Below are positions 1-11,728 of a DNA stretch of 64,000 nt, piece by piece (position 1 is the first letter of the stretch; the number at the start of each line of letters is the position of its first letter). The translations under genes and the position numbers were made by a program. The stretch is from NCBI GenBank assembly GCA_963785305.1, contig CAWAUV010000007.1, positions 1,344,001 to 1,408,000 on the forward strand. The letters are read 5' to 3'. This DNA is from an uncultured Planctomycetaceae bacterium (GTDB lineage: Bacteria; Planctomycetota; Planctomycetia; Pirellulales; PALSA-1355). The notes under the pieces were generated by a model, which was not told the DNA's origin, made no database searches, and saw nothing but the letters and a program-made list of their open reading frames with translations.

Positions 1-107
1 GGCGATGACGCCGCGACATTGAACAGAATTATCACGACGAGCACGACGCTTCAATTCCCTCGCGGTTCACCTTCTCCGGCGCCGGCATTCAAGCGGCGTC
101 ACCGTGG

Positions 108-2783
108 CTAACGGCGAACCTCGTAGTAATACGTGCGATATCGGCCGCCGATCGTGAAGCTGCCGCTGGGGTCGATCGGGATCGACTCGCTCTTGGGCAC
201 GCCATAAATATCGAGCGGCCGGACCTCGCGCGGGCGGTCTCCGGCGAGCGAGAGCGTGGCCTCGACCGGTTCGAGCAGGAGCGGCGGGCCGCCGAGCGCG
301 AGGAGTTTTTTACCATCGTCGCTGTAGGTGGCGCCGGTTTGTTTGTCTCGGGCCAGCGCCGTGATGAGCACATGGCGCGACTCGGCGAGCGGCCGATCAT
401 CGAGCGAGGTGACGATGAGCGACACGAACGGCGTTTTCACGTTGGCGGTCACCGCCGGTAGCGAGATGGTCTCTCCCGCCGCGCGGCCCACGATCGCCTG
501 GCTCTTGGCCGCCCGCAGCAGCACTCGCTCGCGGCCGTAGTCCCACCAGAGCTCGTCGGTCATGGAGCGCACCGTTTTCGCGCGCTTGTCCCAATAGCGA
601 TCGAGATCGACTCGCTCCGGCTCCGATTGCTCGCTATCGCCGGCTTTTTCGAATCGCGCCGTGACCCGGCCCACGGCCAGCGCCTCGACCGGAGTCGCGA
701 GCCGTCCGCGGGCGTTCTTAATGTCGTGGGCGCCGCCGCTCAAATCTTGCTGGAGCGGGTCGACGCCGGTGAAAAGATCGTCGATGCTCAATCGCCGCCC
801 GATGGCGATCGGCGCTTCGGCGATGTGTTTGTGGGCGATGGCCAGCGACAGCGCGGGAAACTGACCGATGAAATGCGGAGTGTCGGTTACATAGCTATGC
901 AGCCGCGGCCAGCCCTCGCCGGGCATCGCGCCGGAACTGGCGAAGTGATACGACGCGTCCCATCCTTGCAGACCAAGGCCATAAAACGCGATCAGCGGCG
1001 CCGCTTCGAGCTTCCACTGATTGGGCGGCATTTGCGTCCATTCGGTGGTGCTAAACGGACGATCTTCCACTTGATAGAGTCCCATGCTCAGCAGATGGGC
1101 GCCCGGTTGCTTGAGTTGCGATTCGTTATGCACTTCGCCGGGAATGATGCCGTGGCCGCCGGCGCCGCCGCCGAAATAGTTGTGGCGATCGATCATGTCG
1201 CCGACCGTGTCGCAGTAGAGGTTGGCGGGATCAGCCGCCGGTCCGCCGGCGCGCCATGCGCTAGTCACCGTGATCGCGCGATAGCCAAGATCGCGCACCT
1301 GTTTTTCGCGCCGCTCATAGAAGCCGCGCTGCAAATCGGTAAGGAAATGAATAAAGTCGCCGGCGCGAGCCGTTTGGCCTTTGAATTCGTAGGCCGGTCC
1401 ATCGCTCGCGAAATGATGCGCGCCCATCAGCTCGAGCTCGCCGCTCGGCCAAGCATCGGCCGGGCGAAGGCCCCCCCAGGCTTTTTTCACGGAGTCTTCG
1501 GAACCGTATTTGGCTTGGACCCAGGCGAAGAATTTTTGCCGCAACCGCTTGGCGTGTTGCGGCCACTTCGCGGAGCGAAGATCGTTGAGCGGAAAATAAA
1601 AGAAGATGCAGTCTTCGTTTTGAAACTCGAGCACGGCGAGCGCCGGATCGTCGATCGGCCGCAAGCCGGTATAGGGATTTCTATGCGTGAGCAGCGCTTC
1701 CAAATATCGCCACTGCAAGTCTTGCAGTCGCGGTTCGATATTCACAAGACCATAGCTATTTCGCATGTCGGCCTTGGCGTCGACGACCGGGAGTTCGTTG
1801 AAGAGCTCGGCGTCGTAATCATCGTGGGGACCGATGCGCTGGCCATAGAACACCGACCAAGTCATGTAGATGCCCTGCTTCTTGAGCTCGGCGCACCACC
1901 AATCGAAATGATCGAGCCGCTGGGCGTCGAACTTGCCATCATGCAGTTGACCGAGCTCCGATTCCACCGGATGCTGACGGATCATCGTCACGCCATGCTT
2001 GCGCAGGTAGCGCGCTCGTTGCGTAAGTTGTTCACGGGAATAAACGCCTTCTTCAAGATTCGCGCCGCAGCCCCAAAACTGAATGGGCGCCGAGCTTTTT
2101 TCGAACTTGAGCCGATTGCCATCGCGCTGGAGAAAACCATGTTGCCCGGCCGGCGCTTCGATGTCGCGCGAGCGGTCGATCACCGAATCGGGCGAAAACG
2201 TATCGGTGTCAAATGTCACGGGAAACCAATCGCTCGAACCGGCCGGCCCCGTCTTGCCAGGCTTATTGGCGCCCGAGGGCACGAAGCCGCTGTTGTCGAA
2301 GACAAAACAGTCGACCCCGCCGTGGTTGGCGATCTTGCTCTCGAAGCGGAGCGTGATTTCGTTCTTGCCCTCCCGGAGCGCGACTTTGCCGACCTTGACC
2401 CAAGCCAGCGAACGATGGTCGGGCGTCTTCGAGATCATCATTTCGCCGCGACGGTCGGCAAAGTCGATCACCACCGACGCCGCGCCATTGAGCGCATACG
2501 ACGCCTTGCTCAACGACGGATTGCCTCGCCACCAAAACGTAAATTCCCCGGCCTGGGGCGATTGGAATTCATACGTGGCCACGCCGGGTTTCTTGCCGTC
2601 GTAATGCGAAAGCCACTCGTGGCCCGACATGCCTTCCTTTCGCACATCGTCGTACCAGCCATGCTTCGATACATCGCGCCGCGTGGCGTCCTCGCCTTCG
2701 ATCCACACGGTCTCGGCCCGGGCAATGGTGGAAACAAAGAGCGGCAAGAAAGCCACCAGCGCGAACATGAGGCGAGCGTTCAT
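108..2783 (-). CDS. Secreted clan GH-A-type glycoside hydrolase with N-terminal CBM-like domain
   Basis: Long ORF with signal peptide (MNARLMFALVAFLPLFVSTIARA), WIEGED CBM-like start, and NE (FQNED) and TEW motifs typical of clan GH-A catalytic glutamates; start could be GTG at 2795. Confidence 0.6.
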   Translation of the reverse strand: MNARLMFALVAFLPLFVSTIARAETVWIEGEDATRRDVSKHGWYDDVRKEGMSGHEWLSHYDGKKPGVATYEFQSPQAGEFTFWWRGNPSLSKASYALNGAASVVIDFADRRGEMMISKTPDHRSLAWVKVGKVALREGKNEITLRFESKIANHGGVDCFVFDNSGFVPSGANKPGKTGPAGSSDWFPVTFDTDTFSPDSVIDRSRDIEAPAGQHGFLQRDGNRLKFEKSSAPIQFWGCGANLEEGVYSREQLTQRARYLRKHGVTMIRQHPVESELGQLHDGKFDAQRLDHFDWWCAELKKQGIYMTWSVFYGQRIGPHDDYDAELFNELPVVDAKADMRNSYGLVNIEPRLQDLQWRYLEALLTHRNPYTGLRPIDDPALAVLEFQNEDCIFFYFPLNDLRSAKWPQHAKRLRQKFFAWVQAKYGSEDSVKKAWGGLRPADAWPSGELELMGAHHFASDGPAYEFKGQTARAGDFIHFLTDLQRGFYERREKQVRDLGYRAITVTSAWRAGGPAADPANLYCDTVGDMIDRHNYFGGGAGGHGIIPGEVHNESQLKQPGAHLLSMGLYQVEDRPFSTTEWTQMPPNQWKLEAAPLIAFYGLGLQGWDASYHFASSGAMPGEGWPRLHSYVTDTPHFIGQFPALSLAIAHKHIAEAPIAIGRRLSIDDLFTGVDPLQQDLSGGAHDIKNARGRLATPVEALAVGRVTARFEKAGDSEQSEPERVDLDRYWDKRAKTVRSMTDELWWDYGRERVLLRAAKSQAIVGRAAGETISLPAVTANVKTPFVSLIVTSLDDRPLAESRHVLITALARDKQTGATYSDDGKKLLALGGPPLLLEPVEATLSLAGDRPREVRPLDIYGVPKSESIPIDPSGSFTIGGRYRTYYYEVRR

Positions 2784-2898
2784 GGGGTCATCCACGGGCC
2801 AAGGGAAGGCGGGGGGAAGGGAGCGGCTCGAATTTTAACGGCCCGCGCGGCGCATCGCCAGAAAATTGCCGCGCGGCGCACGGGCCGAAACACTCCGG

Positions 2899-4991
2899 TC
2901 AGCCGACATCGCCCAAATCGAGCGAGTGCCCGTACGCGCACGGCGCCATGCGGCGCAACCGCGCATGCTCCGGCGCGCAGGCCGGGGTCGCTGGCCACGA
3001 GCGCGAGCATCGCGCCGGGCTTCTTCGAGCTCGGCGCTGTCGCGCCTGAGGTCGGCGATGCGTAGTGGCGGCAAGCCATGTTGCCGAGTGCCGAGGAGAT
3101 CGCCTGGCCCGCGGAGGCGGAAGTCGATCTCGGCCAGTTCAAAGCCATCGGTCGATTGGACGAGCGCTTCGAGCCGCTGTCGGCCCTCGTCGCTGGGGGC
3201 GTCGGCCATCAGGCAACAGTACCCGGCATGGGCCCCGCGGCTCACGCGACCACGCAATTGATGCAACTGCGCGAGGCCGAAACGATCGGCGCTTTCGATG
3301 CTCATCAGCGTGGCGTTGGGTACATCGACGCCCACCTCGACGACGCTCGTGGCCACCAGCACCTGGGTGTCGCCGCGGCGAAAAGCCCGCATCGCCGCTT
3401 GCTTCTCGTCGGCCGAAAGCCGGCCATGCACGACCCCCAAGCGAAAGTCCGCCAGTTCCCCGTTGGCCAGCCGCTCATACATGGCATCAAGGCTCGTGAC
3501 TGGCATCGCTTCCGATTCCTCGACCAGGGGCGCGATCACGTAACCTTGGCGACCTTCATGCAGCTTTCGACGGAAAAAGTCCCACCAGCGGTCGCGCAGT
3601 TCGGGCGCCGGCCAATAGGTGTTCACCTTTTGGCGGCCCGGCGGAGCGTCGCGAAGCGTGGAGACGTCGAGGTCTCCGAAGAGCGCGAGGGCGATCGTGC
3701 GCGGAATCGGCGTGGCGGTCATCACCAGATAATGCGGATGCGGGCCGGCCTGCTTGAGCATGGCCCGCTGGCGCACGCCGAACTTGTGTCCTTCATCGAT
3801 CACGACCAGGGCCAATTTGGCGAACGCCATCTGCTGCTCGACGACGGCCTGGGTGCCGACCACGATTTGCGCCTCGCCGCTCTTGAGTTGCTCGACGATC
3901 CGATCGCGCTCCCCGGCGCGCACGCCGCCCGTGAGCAGCCCCAGCCGCACTTGGCTGCCGGCAAGCATGCGCTCGAGTGTTTCGTAGTGCTGCCGAGCCA
4001 GGATTTCAGTGGGCGCCATCAGCGCGGCTTGGGCTCCGTGGGCCACGGCGAGCAGCATCGCATGGAGCGCCACCACCGTCTTGCCGCTGCCCACGTCGCC
4101 CTGCAGCAAGCGATTCATCGGCGTGGGACGGCTCATGTCGGCCGTGATCTCAGCGATGACTTTATTTTGTCCGGCCGTGAATTCATAAGGAAAAAGCCGG
4201 CGAATGCGGGCATCGATCTTGCCCGTGGATTCGAGCGGAGCGGCCTTGGCGTCGGACTGGGTTTGATGCCGCTTCACGGCCAAGGCCAGTTGCAGCACGA
4301 AGAGCTCTTGATACACGAACCGCCGCCGAGCCCGATCGAGACTCGCCCGGTCGCTGGGAAAATGAAGCTGCGGCAGCGCTTCGTGAATCGAGGCTAGCTC
4401 ATGCTCGGCGCGAAACGCCTCGGGAAACACTTCGTCGAGCTGGGAGGTAGCGGCGTCGATCGCCGCGCGGGTCAGCCGGCGCACATGCCGCTGGGCGAGT
4501 CCCTCGGTGAGCGGATACACCGGCAGCAACTGGCCGGCCACGTCCGCCGGATCGCTCGACTCGATGAACTTCACTTGCGGATGCGACATTTCCCATCGCG
4601 GCCCATGCTGCTTGGCCTTGCCTGAAAGCATCACCAGTTGCCCGATGCGAAACTTGGCTCGCAAAAAGGGCTGATTGAACCACAAGGCCGCAGATAGCCG
4701 GCGTCTTGCTTGATGAGCACACCGAGCAGCGAGCGTCCGCCGGGCTTATCGTGTTGATCGATATCGTCGACCACGCCGAGCACGCTCACGAGCACGCCTT
4801 CTTCCAGGCGGTCGATCGTGCGTAGATCGGTAAGGTCTTGATGATCGCGGGGAAAGAAGAACAACAGATCGCGAATCACGCGCACGCCGAGCTTCTCGAA
4901 GAGCGCCGCGCGCGCGGGCCCACCAGCCGCTCAAAAACTGAATCGGCGTGGCAAGTTCCAAGGCAGCGCGACCGGCGGAAGACTCTGGCAT
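2899..4991 (-). CDS. recG: ATP-dependent DNA helicase RecG (frameshifts near 4925, 4685 and about 2950-3000)
   Basis: MNRLLQGDVGSGKT, MTATPIPRT, QLHQLRGRV and RGPGDLLGTRQHG motifs; N-terminus spread over ORFs 4746..4991 and 4631..4885; C-terminus YGHSLDLGDVG* ends at 2899. Confidence 0.93.
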
Positions 4992-5103
4992 GCCCCCATT
5001 GTAGCAAAGCTAAATTGGGCGAGGCGGCTTGGGCGAGAATGACTCGATCTCGCGGCAGAGAGCGGGAAATCGCGAGGGCCCTAATTATGCAGCCTCAGGC
5101 GAT

Positions 5104-5566
5104 TCATCGCTTGAGGAAGCGTTGATAGGCGGCGACGGCGAGCTCGTCGCAGCGTTCGTTTTCCACATGGCCGGCGTGGCCGGCGACATAGGAATATTCC
5201 AAGCGATGGGCGGCGACCAGTTCATCGAGCCGGCGCCATAGGTCCTCGTTTTTCACTTCCTTGAACTTGCCGCCCTCGCGCCGCCGCCAGCCGTTGGCCT
5301 TCCACTTGGCCATCCATTCGCTGAGCCCCTTGCCGACATATTGGCTATCGGCGAAGAGCGTGACGCGCGACGGGCTCTTGAGCGATTCCAGGCCGCGCAC
5401 CACGGCGGTGAGCTCCATGCGATTGTTGGTCGTGAGCGGTTCGCCGCCCGATTGCTCGAGCTCCTTGCCCGACGCCGGGTGACGAAGAATAAAGGCCCAA
5501 CCGCCCGGGCCGGGATTGCCGCTGCCAGCCGCCATCGGTGTACAGCTCGACGTGGGGTAGATCCAT
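5104..5566 (-). CDS. rnhA: Ribonuclease HI (frameshift near 5528)
   Basis: VELYTDGG plus SGNPGPGGW, TTNNRMEL, DSQYV, VKNEDLW and GHAGHVENERCDELA across two frames. Confidence 0.92.
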
Positions 5567-5638
5567 CGCGGAATGCTTGCCTTCGCAAAGGTGAAAAACA
5601 CGTTGTTCGCGGGGCGCGGAACCGAGCCCTTCCTCGCG

Positions 5639-7348
5639 TCAACCGCTCGAGGCGGTCGCCGGCAGGGAGTTGGAAAGATCGGCGCTCGCGGCATGCTCCG
5701 TTTCCACGAACGGCTCGGCTCGGGGCGCCTCGTCCTTTCGCCAGGGGAGCGTCACCCTGAACGTGCTGCCCTTGCCGAGCTCGCTATCGAGAGCGATTTC
5801 GCCGCCCAAGAGCCGACACAACTCCTTGACGATCGAGAGCCCCAGGCCGGTGCCCGAGTATTCGCGAGTCATTGCGTCGCCGCGAGCCAGCACCGATTTT
5901 CCTTGCCGGAACTTTTCGAAGATGATCTGCTGCTCGTCCTCGGCGATGCCAACTCCGGTGTCGGCCACCACCAACTCGAGCGCGTCGACCCGCGCACTGC
6001 GCCGTGCCGTGACCACGATCCGGCCGCCCTCGGGCGTGAACTTGATCGCATTGCTCAGCAGATTGTTCAAAATCTGCTGCACCTTGGTCAAGTCCTGGCG
6101 GAGCGGCGGCAGGTCGGGCGCGGTGATCGCTTCGAGGTCGATATTCTTGCGCTCGCTCAACGGGCGGCTCATGTCGCACTGCGCCGAGATGATCGACTCG
6201 ATACGAAATTCGCTTAGCCGCACTTCCATCTTTCCGGCGTCGATCTTCGCCAAGTCGAGAATATCGTTGATCATCTCGAGCAGCACACGGCCCGAGCCCT
6301 GGATGTTTTTCACATATCGCTTTTGTTTGTCGTCGAGCGAGTCGATCGCGCCCAGCACATCGCTAAAACCGATGATCGCATTCAGCGGAGTGCGCAGCTC
6401 ATGGCTCATCGTGGCCAGAAAGTCGCTTTTGACCCGGTTCATTTCGTAGAGCCGCATATTCGACTGGGCCAACTCGTCGACCTTCATATCGAGCGAATTG
6501 TTCACGGTGCGCAGTTCGGTTTGAATGTCGGTCAAGTGGCGAAGCATGCGATTGAACGCCGCGGCGAGCGCCTCGAATTCGTCGCCGGTGTGGATTTCGG
6601 CCCGCATGCTCGTATTGCCGCGGCTGATCTCGTTGCTCACGTCGCGCAGGTGGCGGAGCGGTTTGACGATCACATAGCGAATGATCAGATACGAAACGAA
6701 CATCGCCATGAACACGGTGATAATGGCGGTGGTGATCAGAATCGCGAGGTTCTCGGCCAGGGCCTTGCGATTTTCCTCGTCGCTGAACACCACTTTCACC
6801 ACCGCCATCAGGTCGCCTTCCTGCCATTCGGGCAACCCGGCGGCGATGCGCTTGATGTTGTGGCACACGATGCAGGAGCCGGCTTTGGCTCGCACCGGTT
6901 GATAGTAGATGTATTCCTTGTCGCGCGGCGAGGAATACGCCATGAATTGCGGGGACTGCTCGTCGCCAGACGGGGGCACGGCGCGGAACGCATCGAGCGC
7001 CCGCCAGTCGTATTCGTCCTTGGGCTGATCAGGTCCGTCGGATTGCGGCTTGATGAGCGCGGTGCGCTTGTAGGCCTGATTGCGAAGATCCTCGCCGATC
7101 GATTTGTTCAGCGCGAGCTCTTCCTCGCGCTCCGCCGCCAGCCGCTCCCAGTGCATGCGGAGCATAATCGCGTCGACCATGCCGCGGCCGGTGCGCTGCG
7201 CGGCCAAATAGACTTGTTTTTCCGTCCGGCTGCCATACCACCAGAAGCTGCCCGCGATCAGGGCAAACAGACACACCCCGAACAGAAATAGACACTTCCG
7301 CTCCAGGTTCGTCTCGCCCAGGATCGCTTTAAGGGAGCGGTAGGACAT
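5639..7348 (-). CDS. Membrane sensor histidine kinase with extracytoplasmic CxxCH domain, HAMP, HisKA and HATPase
   Basis: Two TM segments, CIVCH, HAMP, SHELRTPLNAI H-box, NLLSNAIKF, DTGVGI, GTGLGL. Confidence 0.9.
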   Translation of the reverse strand: MSYRSLKAILGETNLERKCLFLFGVCLFALIAGSFWWYGSRTEKQVYLAAQRTGRGMVDAIMLRMHWERLAAEREEELALNKSIGEDLRNQAYKRTALIKPQSDGPDQPKDEYDWRALDAFRAVPPSGDEQSPQFMAYSSPRDKEYIYYQPVRAKAGSCIVCHNIKRIAAGLPEWQEGDLMAVVKVVFSDEENRKALAENLAILITTAIITVFMAMFVSYLIIRYVIVKPLRHLRDVSNEISRGNTSMRAEIHTGDEFEALAAAFNRMLRHLTDIQTELRTVNNSLDMKVDELAQSNMRLYEMNRVKSDFLATMSHELRTPLNAIIGFSDVLGAIDSLDDKQKRYVKNIQGSGRVLLEMINDILDLAKIDAGKMEVRLSEFRIESIISAQCDMSRPLSERKNIDLEAITAPDLPPLRQDLTKVQQILNNLLSNAIKFTPEGGRIVVTARRSARVDALELVVADTGVGIAEDEQQIIFEKFRQGKSVLARGDAMTREYSGTGLGLSIVKELCRLLGGEIALDSELGKGSTFRVTLPWRKDEAPRAEPFVETEHAASADLSNSLPATASSG

Positions 7349-7491
7349 GCGTCTTTCGTTTCAGGAATGCGCGCCATCCGCGACGCTCGGACTCACGGGC
7401 CGAAAAAACGGCGATCTACTCCGACGAGCTTCATCATTTTACGAATCATCGCCGGACCAAGCTACCGCAACCTCGGTCGACGCGACTGTTT

Positions 7492-9208
7492 GGGACCAGT
7501 TCAGCTTTTGCGGGTTGGGGGGTGGATGTGGAAACGTCAATAGGAGAATTCGGGGTTTGTGTGGTAAGCTGGGCGAGGTGGATTTGATCGGTGAACGAAA
7601 CTTGCTTAAGGAGCGCTAGGCATGGACGCCGCGATGCAGGCCCGCGAGGCCAGGAGGAAGGAACTTTTGCGGGAACTGGCCGAACTGGGAATCGAGGAGA
7701 TGGTCGAGCAGGGGGCGTTCCTCGGCACGCCGCACTATAGCGTCATCGAGCGGTATGCTATCACGCTCGGCCGCGAGTTGAGCCGTGAAGCCCAAGAGCG
7801 AGCGATGCGTGAAGTCGCCGCGAGCTGCCCGACGGAAGCGAACTGCCCCACCTGCGGAGCGTCGTGCCGCGTGCAAACCGCAACGAGGCCGGTCACCAGC
7901 CTGGATGGCCGGGTCGAGGTGACCGAGACGACCGCTTACTGCGACCGCTGCCGGCGGTCTTTTTTTCCCTCAGCGGTTGACGTTGGGACTCGATAGCCGC
8001 GAGGTCACGCCCGAGTTGACGCGAGCCGTGGTCTGCCTAGCCGCGGAAGTCCGTTCGTTCAAGTGCGCGGAAGTGATCACCGAGCAAGTGCTGGGACACA
8101 AAGTTCCCTGCAGCACGATTCGGCGTTTGGTGAAACAGGTGGGCCAGGAACTGGCCGACGGGAAGGCACTGCCGGCGCCCAGCGACAATAAAAAAGTCGT
8201 CAAGGAAGTCGTCGTGCCGGAAGCGGCGGTGGTCTCTTGCGACGGCGGCCGCATTCGCACGCGCGAGCCGGGCCGGGGGCGCGGCGTCGTGCCGTCGGGC
8301 GAGAAAGGCTGGCGCGAAACGAAGAACGCTTCGTTCGAGCGAATGTCTCTCAACCCGCGGCATGTCGCGGACGAAGACGCTTGCCCCGAGTTGCCGACTT
8401 CCTTTCGCATCGCGAAAAAAGTGGCGAATATCGCGGAAAAAGCGGTTCCCCGCCTCGATTCGCCCGGCGAAGAATCCGCCGCCGAGAAACCCCGCCGCGT
8501 GAAGTACGAAGGCCCGCGGCGCGTGCTGCGCACGGCGCTGAGCAGTATGTCCTGCTCGGAGGATTTCGGCCCGCTGATGCGGCGCGAAGCCCAGCGGCGC
8601 CGGTTCTACGATTCTCCTTTACGGGTCTTCCTCGGTGATGGCCTGAACTGGAACTGGTCGATCTGGAAAAAACATTTTCCGACGTTCACGCCCGTCCTCG
8701 ACTTCATTCATGCGATTCAATACGTTTACCGCGCGGCGCTGGCGCTGGCCGCCAACGATGCGGAGGGTTGGTCGCTCTATCTAAAGTTCGTCACCTGGTG
8801 CTGGCAAGGCCAGGTCGATCACGTGATCGACGAGATCAAGCAAGCCTGCCTCGCCCGGGGCATCGACTGGGAAGATACGAAACCCAGTGACGCGGAGAAA
8901 GCGCTCGTCGACGCCGTGCGGTACTTGACGAACAATCGCCAGCGGATGGACTATCCCAGCTATCGCCGCCTGGGCCTGCCGGTCACCAGCGCGCCGATGG
9001 AGTCGCTGATCAAACAGATGAACCTGCGCGTGAAAGGGACCGAAATGTTCTGGGACGATCCCGACGGAGCGGAAGCGATCTTGCAGCTCCGCGCCGCCGC
9101 CCTCAGCGACGACGGCCGGCTCAAGGACTACCTCTCGCAACGCCCCGGCCACCCCTTCCACCGCCGCTCCACCCCCCTCGCCACCGCCGCATAAGCTGAA
9201 CTGGTCCC
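7492..9208 (+). mobile_element. ISKra4/ISLre2-type (Mutator-like) insertion sequence
   Basis: Terminal IRs GGGACCAGTTCAGCTT (7492-7507, reverse complement 9193-9208); 9-bp direct repeat CGACTGTTT at 7483-7491 and 9209-9217. Confidence 0.9.
7622..9194 (+). CDS. Transposase in two ORFs (7622-7996, 7977-9194) joined at a T7CCC slippery site
   Basis: CPTC...CDRC zinc-finger N-part; LGDG..WNW, LDFIHA, RMDYPSYRRLGLPVTS..ES..KQ motifs. Confidence 0.85.
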
Positions 9209-9241
9209 CGACTGTTTTTACCGCCCCCACCTTGGCGTCGC

Positions 9242-11564
9242 TCACAACATCTCGAGCGGATCGACATCCACGATCCACTGCGTGTCGGGCGGTGGCTCGA
9301 TATCGCGCAGGCGCGTCGCGCACCACTTGCCGCAAGCCGGCCCCGTCGCGCGATTGCAACTGCATATGAAACCGAAACTTGCCTCGCAGCTTCGAGATCG
9401 GCGCCGGCGCCGGGCCCAGCACCCGGGCCGAGAGGCCCGCCGGGTCGATCGCCGCTCGAAGACGCTCGCCCACATGCTGGGCAAACGCCTCGGTCCGCTG
9501 CTCCTGGGGACCGCGCACCACGACCCGAATCATCGACGCGAACGGCGGATAATCGAGCGCGGCCCGATCCGGCAACTCGTGGCGGGCGAAGCTTTGAAAA
9601 TCGTGTCTCGCGGCGGCGCGAATCGCCGGATGTTCGGGGCTGAATGCTTGCACCAGCACCCGCCCCCCGCGCGGCCCGCGACCGGTGCGACCGGCCACCT
9701 GGGTCACAAGCTGAAAGGTGCGCTCGGCGGCGCGAAAATCGGCCAAGTGCAGCGCCGTGTCGGCATTGATGACACCCACGAGCGTCACATTCGGAAAATC
9801 AAGTCCCTTGGCGATCATCTGCGTGCCGACCAGAATGCGGGCCTCGCCGGCGCGAAAGGCCTCGAGCGCCCGTTCATGACTTCCGGGCCGCCGCATCGTG
9901 TCGGTGTCCATTCGCAGCACGGGATATTCCGGAAACCGCGCCTGGGTCTCGGCTTCGAGCTTTTGGGTGCCCAGGCCGCCATAGTGGATGCCGGCGAAGC
10001 CACACTCGGGGCAGCGCTCGGGCGCGCTCGTCGAATAATCACAGTAGTGGCACACGGCTCGATGCCCGGCCACATGGTGCGTGAGCGCGATCGTGCAATC
10101 CGGGCATCGCAGCGCGTGGCCGCAGCTCGGGCACTGGATATGCGTCGCATAGCCGCGCCGATTCAAGAGCAAAATCACTTGCCCGCCCTCGACCAGGGCT
10201 TGGCTCATCGCCTGTCGGAGCGGCCGGCTGATCGCGCCGCGATGCCGACGATCCTTGAATTCGAGCCGCAAGTCGATCGTCAACACATCGGGCAGCGGCC
10301 GATCGAACACCCGCCGCGGCAGGGACAGGAGTTGATATTCCCCGGCCTCGGCCCGGCGCCAGCTTTCGAGCGATGGCGTCGCCGTGCCGAGCACGAGCGG
10401 AATGCCTTCGTCGCTCGCGCGGCGAAGCGCCACGTCGCGGGCGTGATACCGCGGCGCTTCGCCCTGCTTGAACGTGTTTTCATGCTCCTCGTCCATCACG
10501 ATCAGTCCCAGCCTGGGAGTCGGAGCGAACACCGCGCTCCGAGCGCCCACGATCACTTGCGATTCGCCGGCCGCGATTCGACGCCAGTGATGATGCCGCT
10601 CTGAATCGCTCATGCTGCTATGCAGCACCGCCACATTGCCGAACCGGCTACGAAAACGCTGCTCCGTCTGCGGCGTGAGACTGATCTCGGGCACCAGCAC
10701 GATCGCTTGCCGGCCCCGGCGCAGCACCTCGCCAATGGCCTGAATATAAACCTCGGTCTTGCCGCTGCCTGTTACGCCATGCAAAAGCAGCGCGCGATGC
10801 TCGCCTGAATCGATCGCGGCCAATACCGCGTCGAGCGCCGTGCGCTGATCGGGCTCGAGCGCGAGATGTTCCTCGCGCGGGGCGGCGCGCTCGACGAAAG
10901 GCTTGGTGGCCACGCGTTTCGACTCCGCCACGATCAGCCCTTTCTTGCGGAGCGACTGAATCGGCGCCGAAGTGCAGCCCACCGCCAAACAAAGTTCGCT
11001 CATTCGCAACGGCTCGCGCGATTGCAGCAAATGGCGCACAATTGCCGCCTGCCCCGGCGAAAGCTTGAATCGCTTCTTGTCGGCCGCCGACGCCGATTCG
11101 CCCAGCGCCGCTGCCAATGGGCCGGCCAGCTCGGGGGCCACGCTCAAAAACTGCGTCTCGCGCGTGCCCGCCTCGCCCCGCACACCGGCCGGCAACACCG
11201 TCTCGATCACTTTGCCCCAGGGCGCCAGATAATGCGAGCTCATCCATTCGGTGAGCCGGACCAGCGCCGGGCTCAAAAGCGACACCCGATCGACCAGGCT
11301 ATGAATCTCTTTTAGCTTGCGTTGACCTAGCGACTTCGATTCGAGCCGAACACAGTAGCCCACCTGCCGCCGATTGCCGCGGCCAAACGGCACGCGCACC
11401 CGCCGACCGATCGTAAACCGTCCCCGTAGTTCGTCGGGCACTCGATAATCGAACACCTGATCGGGGCCGGTGGCGAACACGACCGTGGCCACGAGCCGGT
11501 CTTCGGCGGCGTCGAGTTCCCACGGGTCGGGCGCGGTGTCGAATAAATGGGCCTGCTGGGTCAT
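9242..11564 (-). CDS. priA: Primosomal protein N' PriA (frameshift near 9310)
   Basis: GVTGSGKTEVY, VPEISLTPQ, DEEHE, four CxxC pairs, GTQMIAKGLDFPNV, QVAGRTGR; C-terminal VDVDPLEML in ORF 9242..9484. Confidence 0.95.
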
Positions 11565-11728
11565 GGGGATTCGCTCGGTTTCAAAGCGCTCTCGTTCGAA
11601 GGCGCGGGCCACGATGGTTCCAAGGGCGCCGGTAAACGCCGGACAGGGAGCGGCGCCGTTTGCCGACCGGCTCTCGATCTATTATTATGTCGCGCGGCCC
11701 GCTCCGGGCGAAGGACATCCTCTAAGCC

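Noticed and set aside
627..3065. Long antisense ORFs (e.g. 627..3065, 3078..4397, 9282..10604, 29341..30576, 51170..52546)
   Set aside because: Shadow ORFs from high-GC codon bias opposite recognisable genes; no motifs
8781..9241. priA ORF running into the IS as a fusion
   Set aside because: Artefact of the frameshift near 9310; the real C-terminus VDVDPLEML ends at 9242, outside the IS
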